From: Candidatus Saccharimonadota bacterium
Lineage (GTDB): Bacteria > Patescibacteriota > Saccharimonadia > Saccharimonadales > JAXHMH01
Assembly (NCBI GenBank): GCA_034521515.1
Contig: JAXHMH010000002.1
Location: 512,444 to 576,443, forward strand
Reading direction: 5' to 3'
DNA length: 64,000 nucleotides
In this document: in pieces, positions 46,576-54,774 of the stretch
Layout of the letters: each line of letters begins with the position of its first letter
How positions within the stretch are numbered: the stretch's first letter is position 1
Notes under the pieces: generated by a model
Database searches by the model: none
What the model saw: only the letters and a program-made list of their open reading frames with translations
What the model was told of the DNA's origin: nothing
Position numbers and translations under genes: made by a program

Positions 46576-47388
46576 ATGACAAATTACGACGATGCAGTCG
46601 CTGCCCTCAAGGGTTATGGCGATGACTACAAGAAAGAGGGTGACGAGCTCAGTTCACAGATTACCGATCTGAATGCAACTGATGCTGCCCTCACAGAAGG
46701 CTTCATCGGTGCTCAGTACAGCATCGATCAGCAGCGCACCGCCGCACATGAAGAGCTCGAACGCCGCAAGGCGCACAATGCTCGAATCAAGGCGGCACTT
46801 GCGCAGGCAAGAAGCGGAAGTTCGTCTGTCGAGGAACCAGACGGTAAGGAGGAGGTCGACACCGATCTGCTCTACAGCCGTGAGGACCTCGCCGTCATGA
46901 GCAACGGTCAACTTGATCAGCTCCTGAACGCGTGGGAAATTCCGGTTCCAGACGACAACAAGCTGCGTGACGGCACGGTCGACAAGATCGATGCCATCGT
47001 TGCCGCCCAGAGCAAGTACTGCGCCGAAGAGGATGTCGAGGATCCGAACGCCGATGAGCCCCCCGCAAGGGAGGATCCGCCGGCAGAAGTTCCCCCAGCA
47101 TCCAGCTCCAGGCCGCATCAGCGAGTCGTGAGAGCCACCACTACCCAGTGGAACGGCACTTCGAGTCGCATCAAGGTGTGGTTTTTGGCCGTCTTGGTTG
47201 GTGTTGTGATCTTCGTGATCATGAACACGCATCTCGATACCATTCTCGGATGGGCTCGCGGTGACGATGGATGGACGGAGAACAGCTTCGTGCAGTTCCT
47301 GCTCGTTTGGGTTCCGACCCTCTTGGGCGGATACTGGGCTTGGGTCTTCGGAGAGGAGAAGTTCGCCTCGGAGGAGGAATCTTCCTAG
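46576..47388 (+). CDS. Hypothetical membrane protein (270 aa) in the GC-rich island
   Basis: SD gaaggagag lies upstream. Has an N-terminal coiled coil, an acidic/Pro-rich linker and two C-terminal TM helices. Third codon positions are G/C-rich. Confidence 0.6.
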   Translation: MTNYDDAVAALKGYGDDYKKEGDELSSQITDLNATDAALTEGFIGAQYSIDQQRTAAHEELERRKAHNARIKAALAQARSGSSSVEEPDGKEEVDTDLLYSREDLAVMSNGQLDQLLNAWEIPVPDDNKLRDGTVDKIDAIVAAQSKYCAEEDVEDPNADEPPAREDPPAEVPPASSSRPHQRVVRATTTQWNGTSSRIKVWFLAVLVGVVIFVIMNTHLDTILGWARGDDGWTENSFVQFLLVWVPTLLGGYWAWVFGEEKFASEEESS

Positions 47389-47531
47389 CTCTTGTATGAC
47401 GGGCACGAACGGGCGCGCGGAATGCCACACACTGGTCGTGTGAGAGAGTTCATTCTCTCTGCGTCCACTACTTTCAGTTCAAACACGGGCTGCTCCGCCC
47501 ACCTACCCACCTTTTTAGGAGGTGATGCAAA

Positions 47532-48548
47532 ATGGAGCGCATCAAGCAACACAAGGGAGGGGCAGCTATCACGGTTGTCTTCGCCTTGCTCGTCGGATTT
47601 GTTTTCGCCTTTGGCGGAAGCAATGACGACGACTCTTCGGCATCTGCCGATGAGTCTCCGACCACGACCACCACAGAGGCGGTCGAAGAGACCACCACCA
47701 CGACCGAGGCCGAGTGCCCGACATGGGAACTTGAGCAGCGGTCCAGTCTGGATGCGGAAGGTAACGAGACTCACCGGATTGCACCGGAGGAGATCGAGGC
47801 CATCCGTACCGCCTCCAACGAGGAAGAAGCCCGCATCGGGGCGCACGACTGGGTGCAGTGGATCCGTACGGATCCCGAGCTCCTGGCTGGCAACCTGATG
47901 CTTTTCCTCGACCGCGAGGTAGACCCGAACAGCCTCTTCGATGAGGAAGGGTGTGCCACGCAGGAGGCCGAGGTGCTCATTTCAGAGCTGGAAACGGCTA
48001 TCGCCATGTCGGCCGTCCGTCCGGATGAGGCTCCCGCTGAGGGATTCAATTCCGGTGTGGATGAGCACGGCAACGTGGTCGTCTCGGCAGATCCGGGTGT
48101 GCGTGGTGACAGGACGGCGATCCTGATCGAACTTCCTAACGGAAAGAAGATCTGGGTCATGTCACGTTGCGGTAACCCCGTGACGACCGCCAAACCACCG
48201 CTCCCGGAGGGTCCGACGGACAACCCGCCGCCGGATGATGATGGTAAGGATCATAACAAGTCGCCGGCTTCCGACGACCGAAACGATCCGGATGAACGGG
48301 TTCGTCCCAACATCCCAGTGGAGGAGCGTCCCGATACGGTGATTCGTCCCGAGCCTGAGCCCGGAACAACCACCACGACGCAGCCTCCGCCTCCAACCAC
48401 GCTTCCAGAGGATCCTCCCGAGGTCTCGGATCCGCCCCCACCGCCACCGGAACTACCGGAGGATATCAGGGAACGAGATTCGACCAATGAGGAGCCCGAG
48501 GAGGTTTGCGAAACAGATGCGATGGGATTCCCCGTCGATAGCTGCTAG
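47532..48548 (+). CDS. Hypothetical N-terminally anchored secreted protein with a Pro-rich C-terminus (338 aa), in the GC-rich island
   Basis: SD aggaggtg lies upstream. Has an N-terminal TM, a T/E-rich linker, a globular region and a PPPP tail. Confidence 0.6.
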   Translation: MERIKQHKGGAAITVVFALLVGFVFAFGGSNDDDSSASADESPTTTTTEAVEETTTTTEAECPTWELEQRSSLDAEGNETHRIAPEEIEAIRTASNEEEARIGAHDWVQWIRTDPELLAGNLMLFLDREVDPNSLFDEEGCATQEAEVLISELETAIAMSAVRPDEAPAEGFNSGVDEHGNVVVSADPGVRGDRTAILIELPNGKKIWVMSRCGNPVTTAKPPLPEGPTDNPPPDDDGKDHNKSPASDDRNDPDERVRPNIPVEERPDTVIRPEPEPGTTTTTQPPPPTTLPEDPPEVSDPPPPPPELPEDIRERDSTNEEPEEVCETDAMGFPVDSC

Positions 48549-48699
48549 CAGTCCGTGGCGATAAAAGCACCTGTCAGTGCTTGTGGATGCGAAAGCGTTC
48601 GCTAATAAATCTGACAGCAGGTTGCTGGTTAAGCCGCTCGTGTAAGACGAGAAAAACCAGATCGCTGTTTGAAACGGTAATATGTAGTCACATCGCGGT

Positions 48700-48762
48700 G
48701 TGAAATCTGATAGTTGGTAGCTTCGGCTTCCACCAGTGCTTTCACGCACAATCAGATTTCAC
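48700..48762. repeat. Long hairpin at the right edge of the GC-rich island
   Basis: 12-nt perfect arms gtgaaatctgat / atcagatttcac separated by 39 nt. Confidence 0.7.
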
Positions 48763-48896
48763 CCGCTTTACCCCATTTTTATAACTTGTAATGATCTGAT
48801 TTGACTGTACATTAACAACTAGAAAGGTTAAGCATAATCATAGCTTAATCATGACATTGACCCCGTAGGAAATCTGGCGAGTGCTAAAATACTCAC

Positions 48897-49151
48897 ATGT
48901 ATTTCTATACGTATGTTTTAAGAAGTAAAAAAGATGGGAAACTCTACACGGGCGTTACTCGCCAGTTACAGAAGCGCCTATCTGAGCACAATTCTGGACT
49001 TACTCGATCCACAAAGGGTCGCGGTCCATTTGAACTAATATACTTCGAAGGCTGCATGATAGAGGAAGCGGCGTTCATCCGTGAGAAACAGTTAAAGTCT
49101 GGACACGGAAAAAGATATCTGAAAAACAGACTAGGAGCTTCTTATTTCTGA
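48897..49151 (+). CDS. Small GIY-YIG nuclease-family protein
   Basis: MYFYTYVLRSKKDGKLYTGVTRQLQKRLSEHNSG. TGCTAAAAT lies 6 nt upstream of the ATG. Confidence 0.8.
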   Translation: MYFYTYVLRSKKDGKLYTGVTRQLQKRLSEHNSGLTRSTKGRGPFELIYFEGCMIEEAAFIREKQLKSGHGKRYLKNRLGASYF

Positions 49152-49156
49152 CGGGG

Positions 49157-49185
49157 TTGACAATTTGAAACTCTTGTGCTAAAAT
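49157..49185 (+). promoter_or_regulatory. Near-consensus promoter for the LPXTG protein gene
   Basis: TTGACA, a 17-nt spacer, then TAAAAT with an upstream TG (extended -10). Confidence 0.6.
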
Positions 49186-49318
49186 ATGTACAAACTGAGG
49201 TGAGTTTACCTTTGAGAGGGGTAAACCAGGCAGTCTTGTGCTTTAACAATTTAGCAAAAGAATATTGATAAATGATAGATATATAAGAGGTGGGAGCAAT
49301 AATTTAAGGAGGTGAGTA

Positions 49319-50836
49319 ATGAAATCATTATTTTCACGTCTGCCGATGAAGCTTATTGTGAGCGTGCTAGTAATAGTTGCGTTTGCTGGTTTCTTTACGG
49401 CAGGTAGCAGTGCTCTAATTGGTGGTGATCGCCAAGTAAAGCAATATGAAGGTTCAGGTACGCCTGGATTTGATCACGTACAGTTTAACTCGTTTACAGA
49501 TGTCCCAAACATCGGTGACGAGAGAGACTTTTTCACCGGCAAGGTTAACGATGCTCCAGACGGTTTTTATGACCCGATGAACGGTGTCCGAGGCGGTGAT
49601 GAATTGCTTGTGCGCGTTTACGTTCACAACAATGCTGATAAAAAACACAATGAGAGTGGTCAAGGCGTAGCCAAGAACACTCGTGTTCGCGTTGAACTTC
49701 CAGAAGGGCTTTCAGAAAACCAAACTGCACGTGCGTTTGTCAGTGCAGATAACGCTCAGCCGGAAGTCATTGAAGACACATTGAGTCTTACTGGTGAATA
49801 TCCAGTAGAACTCGATTATGTCGAAGGTTCTGCAAATGTTAAGTCTAACTTTCAGGATAGAGCTCTTAGCGATGATATCGTTGACAGCGGTGTACTAATT
49901 GGTGATGACAATGTTAATGGTGACATGAAGGGGTGTTTCGAATACGTTGCACTCGTAACCTTCAAAGTAAAAGTTGTCTCTCCGAGCTATGAGCTTGACA
50001 AGTATGTTCGTATTCATGACAAAGAAGATTTTGGTGAAATTGTTCATGTTGCCCCTGGCGATAAAGTAGATTTCGGTATGGCGTTCAAGAACGTTGGTAC
50101 CACAGACTTGCGTGATGTTATTGTTGGTGATCGACTGCCAGATGGCTTGTCATATGTTCCTGACTCTACGCACGTGATTTCGGGTCACACCGATAATAAA
50201 TGGGTCAAGACGTCTGGCGATAATATCGTAAGCGGCGGACTCACGATTGGTGGCTATTTACCACAAGGTTCAGCGTTTGTCCGGTTTACTGCAGAGGTAG
50301 ATGAAGATGAGGTGGAATGTGGCACAAGTGATCTTGTAAACATTGGCTATGCTAAGCCAAAGGATCACGGAACTATCGAAGACAAAGCGACTGTTCGTGT
50401 TACGAAGCAATGTGAGGAAGAGCCAGAAAAGCCAGTTTACAAATGTGAGATGATTACAGTGAAGAAGCTGAGCGACCGTAAGGTTCGTGTCGATGTTGAT
50501 GCTCCTGCTTCTAATGGTGCAACCGTTAAGCAGTACCGCTACGATTTCGGTGACGGCTCTGATGAGCTCGTAACCACTGACGATTCACGCGAGTACACTT
50601 ACGAAGGTAATGGTCCATATGACATACGTGTTACGGTAGACTTCACTGTTGACGGCGAGACTAAGTCTCACACCAGCGAAGCATGTACCGATCGCGTTTC
50701 ATTTGAGAAGCCTGAAAAACCCGATCAACCTGAGGAATTGCCAAGCACTGGTGCGGGGAGCGTAGTTGGTTTGTTTACCGCTACAACTCTAGCCGGTACA
50801 GCAGTTCACCGATTTGTTCTGTCACGTCGTGACTAA
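49319..50836 (+). CDS. LPXTG-anchored surface protein with a PKD-like domain
   Basis: Strong SD aaggaggtg and a signal peptide. YRYDFGDGSDE...GPYDIRVTVDF is PKD-like. C-terminal LPSTG, then a hydrophobic stretch, then RRD. Confidence 0.8.
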   Translation: MKSLFSRLPMKLIVSVLVIVAFAGFFTAGSSALIGGDRQVKQYEGSGTPGFDHVQFNSFTDVPNIGDERDFFTGKVNDAPDGFYDPMNGVRGGDELLVRVYVHNNADKKHNESGQGVAKNTRVRVELPEGLSENQTARAFVSADNAQPEVIEDTLSLTGEYPVELDYVEGSANVKSNFQDRALSDDIVDSGVLIGDDNVNGDMKGCFEYVALVTFKVKVVSPSYELDKYVRIHDKEDFGEIVHVAPGDKVDFGMAFKNVGTTDLRDVIVGDRLPDGLSYVPDSTHVISGHTDNKWVKTSGDNIVSGGLTIGGYLPQGSAFVRFTAEVDEDEVECGTSDLVNIGYAKPKDHGTIEDKATVRVTKQCEEEPEKPVYKCEMITVKKLSDRKVRVDVDAPASNGATVKQYRYDFGDGSDELVTTDDSREYTYEGNGPYDIRVTVDFTVDGETKSHTSEACTDRVSFEKPEKPDQPEELPSTGAGSVVGLFTATTLAGTAVHRFVLSRRD

Positions 50837-51270
50837 AACTAAACCATGTGCCGCGTGAGCGGCCTGCTTTCTGGGCTAGTCCGGAAACACCGCCCTCACG
50901 CTCTTGGCGCAGTACTTTGTCAGAAGCTCCAGTACTCGAGCACCGTATGTATATACGGTTTACTCCGTGCTTCGCTTCTTCCGTGTACTGCATCCAAGTA
51001 CAAGCTTTAGTTTCCAGACTTATTTGCTCAGGTAGGATGCGCAGTGCATTCCTCCTGCCTGCAACGTAGCAAATCCTGGGGTGAGGTAGTCTGCAATCAG
51101 ATTATGGAGCCTCAAGATTTGCTATCGTTGTGGATAAACACTAGCGATATTGTCAAAAATATGCTAGTCTTGCATTGAAGATTAGGAGCACGACTGACCG
51201 CTCAAAACGAACTCTCAATAAAGCACCCCGGCCTAAAAACCGGGGTATTTTATTTCCACCCCACCCCTTT

Positions 51271-51307
51271 TGCAAGGTTAGACCTTGCAACAAGGTCTAA
51301 CCTTGCA
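51271..51307. repeat. REP-like hairpin flanking the transposase gene (left)
   Basis: tgcaaggttagaccttg caa caaggtctaaccttgca: 17-bp stem, 3-nt loop. Confidence 0.8.
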
Positions 51308-51337
51308 GTTTCCGGGTTGTAGTTTCGTTATTTAGGA

Positions 51338-51967
51338 TTAAGTATCTGCCAGGATTCCTTTTAGGAGCTTCAAATCCTTACGTTGTGCCTTGTACTCACT
51401 TACGAATTTCCTATAGTCTTTGGTGCTGTTGTCGTGAAGTTCCATGATCTTGTCCGGCCTAAGCCATTCTGCCGTACGTGTCTTCATATAGTACGGAAAA
51501 CTGGAATAGTCATAGGTTTCGTAGTCGACATTGATGTCTTGAGGATTCAGGTGTATGTACCGGCTAATATGTAATAAATAGTCATCCTTATCTATAAGAC
51601 TTGCTTTGTAGGTGCCCTGGAATAAGCTGCCAACTCGCTTGTGGCGCTTATTGAAATACATGCTATAAGCTGTCATTAGTCGGTGCATGAGTTCTGGCAG
51701 GCCTTTATCTTCCTGATTGTAGACAAGGAGATGGAAGTGATTTGGCATCAGGCAGAAAGCCAATAACTCCACTTTGTTTAACAGATGTGCAAAATCTCTG
51801 CCATACTTATCTTGAAGTGGTTCGTTAGACAGGTGGCGCTTAAAAAGGTGTAAAAAATAAAAGTAGTCATCTGAGTCTAGAAAAACGTCAGATTTATTTA
51901 CACCACGATTATAAACGTGGTAGTAGTTATCGCTAGCTAACTGTTTTACTACATGACGACTCGGCAT
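51338..51967 (-). CDS. IS200/RAYT-type Y1 (HUH) transposase
   Basis: YYHVYNRGVNK, the HUH motif PNHFHLLV and SRYIHLNP. ATG 51967 preferred; the track start at 52021 runs through the REP hairpin. Confidence 0.8.
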   Translation of the reverse strand: MPSRHVVKQLASDNYYHVYNRGVNKSDVFLDSDDYFYFLHLFKRHLSNEPLQDKYGRDFAHLLNKVELLAFCLMPNHFHLLVYNQEDKGLPELMHRLMTAYSMYFNKRHKRVGSLFQGTYKASLIDKDDYLLHISRYIHLNPQDINVDYETYDYSSFPYYMKTRTAEWLRPDKIMELHDNSTKDYRKFVSEYKAQRKDLKLLKGILADT

Positions 51968-51971
51968 AATA

Positions 51972-52006
51972 ACAAGGTCTAACCTTGCAACAAGGTTAGA
52001 CCTTGT
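51972..52006. repeat. REP-like hairpin flanking the transposase gene (right)
   Basis: acaaggtctaaccttg caa caaggttagaccttgt: the same arms as the left copy, in swapped order. Confidence 0.8.
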
Positions 52007-52065
52007 TGTGGACGGTGTCAAGGTGTTGTGATATATTGACCCGAGTAAATAAGCTTTATTGACGA

Positions 52066-52140
52066 GGCCTCATCGTCTAACGGTTAGGACATCAGGTTTT
52101 CATCCTGGAAATCGGGGTTCGATTCCCCGTGAGGTCACCA
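52066..52140 (+). tRNA. tRNA-Glu (anticodon TTC), CCA encoded
   Basis: Acceptor GGCCTCA/TGAGGTC, anticodon loop TTTTCAT, T arm CGGGG-TTCGATT-CCCCG, 75 nt. Confidence 0.9.
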
Positions 52141-52179
52141 AAGAAAAAGCCCCATGCAGTTTGTTTGGGGCTTTTTCTT
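52141..52179 (+). terminator. Rho-independent terminator after tRNA-Glu
   Basis: 14-bp stem aagaaaaagcccca / tggggctttttctt. Confidence 0.75.
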
Positions 52180-52212
52180 TGGTGGTTTCCCGCAGGGAAA
52201 CCGAACCCCGAG

Positions 52213-52319
52213 GGGGTTCGCATAACGTCAAATGTATCGTTTGACGTTATTTAGCCGATGGTATAACTAGAAGCAAAGCGGATAGTTATACCATCAAAGC
52301 GTTGGAGCCGTGAGGTCAC
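52213..52319 (+). pseudogene. tRNA-Glu T-arm/acceptor fragment split after TTCG by an insert of about 87 nt
   Basis: ggggttcg, then an insert with two hairpins of 11-12 bp, then ccgtgaggtcac. Confidence 0.65.
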
Positions 52320-52368
52320 AGTTTTTGTTTGGTGGTCCGCCGACTGGCGGACGAATCAAACCCCAGGC

Positions 52369-52438
52369 GGTTCGCTAATCCCCCGCCAACTTGTTGCCAA
52401 ACGGGCGGATTATATTTCCATATTCCCGGTGAGGTCAC
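52369..52438 (+). pseudogene. Second tRNA-Glu T-arm/acceptor fragment split after TTCG by a 47-nt insert
   Basis: ggttcg, then an insert, then attcccggtgaggtcac. Confidence 0.65.
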
Positions 52439-52527
52439 AAATGCCATAAATTAGAAAAAGCCCCCTTAGCTCACCCTGTAGCACCACCTGATTACAGACC
52501 CATGGTTATGATAAACTTATTTATAGT

Positions 52528-52851
52528 ATGAGTGCTGAAAACTTACAACCTGAACAACATGAGCTGGATCACGGCAGTGACTTATACTTAGGCAATCCTA
52601 GTGATTCGAACCCTGACCGGAGCCCTATACCTCAAGCACCAACTGAGACGCCTTCTAACCCCGGAATCGGTCATGTAATTAGGATTCACTCCAACAAAGA
52701 ACCTGGGCGTGTTGCTCCTGGTGCAAAGCTGTCACCAGAAGCGAGCCGGAAATTACAAGAAGAATTAGCCGACATAAGACGAGCCCAATGGATCGGTTCT
52801 GCGACCGGCAATCATACGCTTATCAACACAAGGAATCACCGTTCTCGCTAG
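52528..52851 (+). CDS. Hypothetical protein (107 aa)
   Basis: ORF only. P/S-rich N-terminus with no recognisable motif. Confidence 0.4.
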   Translation: MSAENLQPEQHELDHGSDLYLGNPSDSNPDRSPIPQAPTETPSNPGIGHVIRIHSNKEPGRVAPGAKLSPEASRKLQEELADIRRAQWIGSATGNHTLINTRNHRSR

Positions 52852-53107
52852 TTTAGATTATTAAGCCTATGGTATTCTCTGTAAGTTTTTGCTTTATCTC
52901 TGGAGCATAAGCGGTTAATATAATAAGTATGACAAGTAAATCTTTTGCACTTGGATGTAGAGTGGTATTTCTCCGTGAGAAACGGAGCGAGGCGTATATG
53001 TCATACGGTGACGTGAGTATCGCAGCGGAAAATGTCGCTCTACGCCAAGAACCTTTACAGCGCAGCTGGCTGTGCCAGCTGGCAGGGAAAGGTGATGCAA
53101 AGATCTG

Positions 53108-54544
53108 ATGAAAACAACCTTTAAAGTGCCAAACGTTCCGCTGGCAAAATTCAAGCGGACAAAGATTATAGCTACGGTTGGTCCAGCCACCAACAGTTAC
53201 GAGGCTATTTATGAGCTTATTACAGCTGGCGCTAATGGTATTAGGCTTAACTTTAGTCACGGCACGCACGAAGAACGCGAAAAGCAGATCAAGTGGATAC
53301 GCAAAGCTGCCGCGAAATACGGCAAGCCAATAGCCATTATCCAAGATTTACAGGGCCCCAAAGTGCGTCTTGGCGACTTTGAAGGTATTGTGAATGTCGC
53401 CGAGAGCCAGAGCTTTAGCTTTAAATACAAGGCAGACTACGACGAGTCCGGTGTGCTGCCAACTCAGTACGACTTAAGCAAAAAGGTTAAGCGAGGCGAA
53501 CGGCTTTATTTATATGACGGCAAGATCCGCATGACCATAACCAGCGTGCGTGATGGTGTCGTGCATGCTCGTGCTGAAAACGACGGCATTTTGATCAAAA
53601 GAAAAGGCATCAACCTGCCAGACACTGATTTTGGCGGCGATATTCTTACCAAGAAAGACCGGCAAGACATTGTTTTTGGATCGACAAACGACATAGATTA
53701 TGTGGCGCTGAGCTTTGTGCAACATGCAGGTGATATCAAAAAACTCCGTACTTTACTGCGCGGGCTGGGTAGCTCGGCGCGTATTATAGCCAAGATTGAA
53801 ACCAAAGCTGCAGTAGATAATCTGGAGCCAATAGTCAAAGAAGCTGATGCGGTCATGGTGGCGCGCGGCGACTTAGCAATCGAAACACTGGCTGAGTCGG
53901 TTCCAATTGTGCAACGCCAAATCATTGGACTGGGCGCGCAATATTCCACACCCACTATAGTCGCGACGCAAATGCTAGCGACCATGACTGAATTACCTGA
54001 ACCAACCAGGGCAGAAGTATCGGATGTAGCGACAGCGGTTATTGTATCGACAGATGCAGTTATGTTGAGTGACGAAACCGCCAATGGCCAGTACCCGATA
54101 CAGTCAGTCAAAGTCATGAAGCGAGTAATTCTTCATACCCAAGAGAATATGCCGCTCAAAGTAACTTTTCCAGAACATGAAGAGAATCGTTCGCAAACAG
54201 CTGCGATCTCAAAAGCTATTATTAAACTTGCTAATACGCTAGAAGCCAAAGCGATTGTGGCAGAAACAAAATCTGGCGCAACAGCACTGCAAATTAGCGC
54301 TCGACGTCCGGATCAACCAATTATTGCCGCCACACCTGACATTAGGGTGGCACAGCAGCTGGCAGTTGTGTATGGGATTAAAAGTTATGTACGGCCGGAT
54401 GATCCACGACAGGCCACCAAGCTAACAAACTGGCTGCACCAAAACAAAGTATTGAGCAAGGGTGATATGGTTATTACGGTTTCTGGCAAGCACCCTGGTG
54501 TGGTCGGGTCGACGGACACCATTAAAGTACGTGTTTTAGAATAA
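53108..54544 (+). CDS. pyk: Pyruvate kinase
   Basis: RTKIIATVGPA, NFSHG, MVARGDLAIE and TQMLATM. Confidence 0.95.
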   Translation: MKTTFKVPNVPLAKFKRTKIIATVGPATNSYEAIYELITAGANGIRLNFSHGTHEEREKQIKWIRKAAAKYGKPIAIIQDLQGPKVRLGDFEGIVNVAESQSFSFKYKADYDESGVLPTQYDLSKKVKRGERLYLYDGKIRMTITSVRDGVVHARAENDGILIKRKGINLPDTDFGGDILTKKDRQDIVFGSTNDIDYVALSFVQHAGDIKKLRTLLRGLGSSARIIAKIETKAAVDNLEPIVKEADAVMVARGDLAIETLAESVPIVQRQIIGLGAQYSTPTIVATQMLATMTELPEPTRAEVSDVATAVIVSTDAVMLSDETANGQYPIQSVKVMKRVILHTQENMPLKVTFPEHEENRSQTAAISKAIIKLANTLEAKAIVAETKSGATALQISARRPDQPIIAATPDIRVAQQLAVVYGIKSYVRPDDPRQATKLTNWLHQNKVLSKGDMVITVSGKHPGVVGSTDTIKVRVLE

Positions 54545-54545
54545 T

Positions 54546-54716
54546 CTACGGGTTTCGCAGCAAATCAGTGACTACTGGCCGAGCCAGTAGCTCCCCGATT
54601 TTCTTGGCATCCAGCGCGCGTTTTGCACGAAATACTCATTCGCCGTAGCATAAACTACGACTCACTCCGTTTTCCTGCAAGAACGCACACTGGCTACTCA
54701 AGTGCGAAACCCGTAG
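54546..54716. repeat. 171-nt element bounded by 14-bp perfect inverted repeats in the pyk-pgk spacer
   Basis: ctacgggtttcgca (54546..54559) pairs with tgcgaaacccgtag (54703..54716), with inner hairpins. The right arm can alternatively pair with cgggttt (54724..54730) to form a terminator. Confidence 0.7.
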
Positions 54717-54774
54717 TACTAGCCGGGTTTTTACGTTAAAATAACGGTAATGGTTAGAAACTAAAGGGTGGGGC

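Noticed and set aside
46654-48487. Long overlapping ORFs in the GC-rich island (46654..47430 minus, 47385..47846 minus, 47392..47898 plus, 47771..48223 minus, 48157..48487 minus)
   Set aside because: Open frames on both strands are expected in high-GC DNA. Their translations are R/P/G-rich and lack SD sequences. The two chosen ORFs have SD sequences, TM helices and coherent codon bias.
50837-51270. A 430-nt ORF-poor spacer between the LPXTG gene and the RAYT element, considered as a possible ncRNA or pseudo-tRNA
   Set aside because: It contains some hairpins (ccgtatgtatatacgg, and tagcaaatc/gatttgcta arms) and a terminator at about 51224..51255. I found no tRNA-like arms, no conserved ncRNA motif and no convincing promoter, so the evidence is insufficient.
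52853-53344. 163-aa minus-strand ORF overlapping the 5' end of pyk
   Set aside because: It overlaps 237 nt of a strongly supported pyruvate kinase gene. The remainder lies in a hairpin-rich leader, and no motifs are present.
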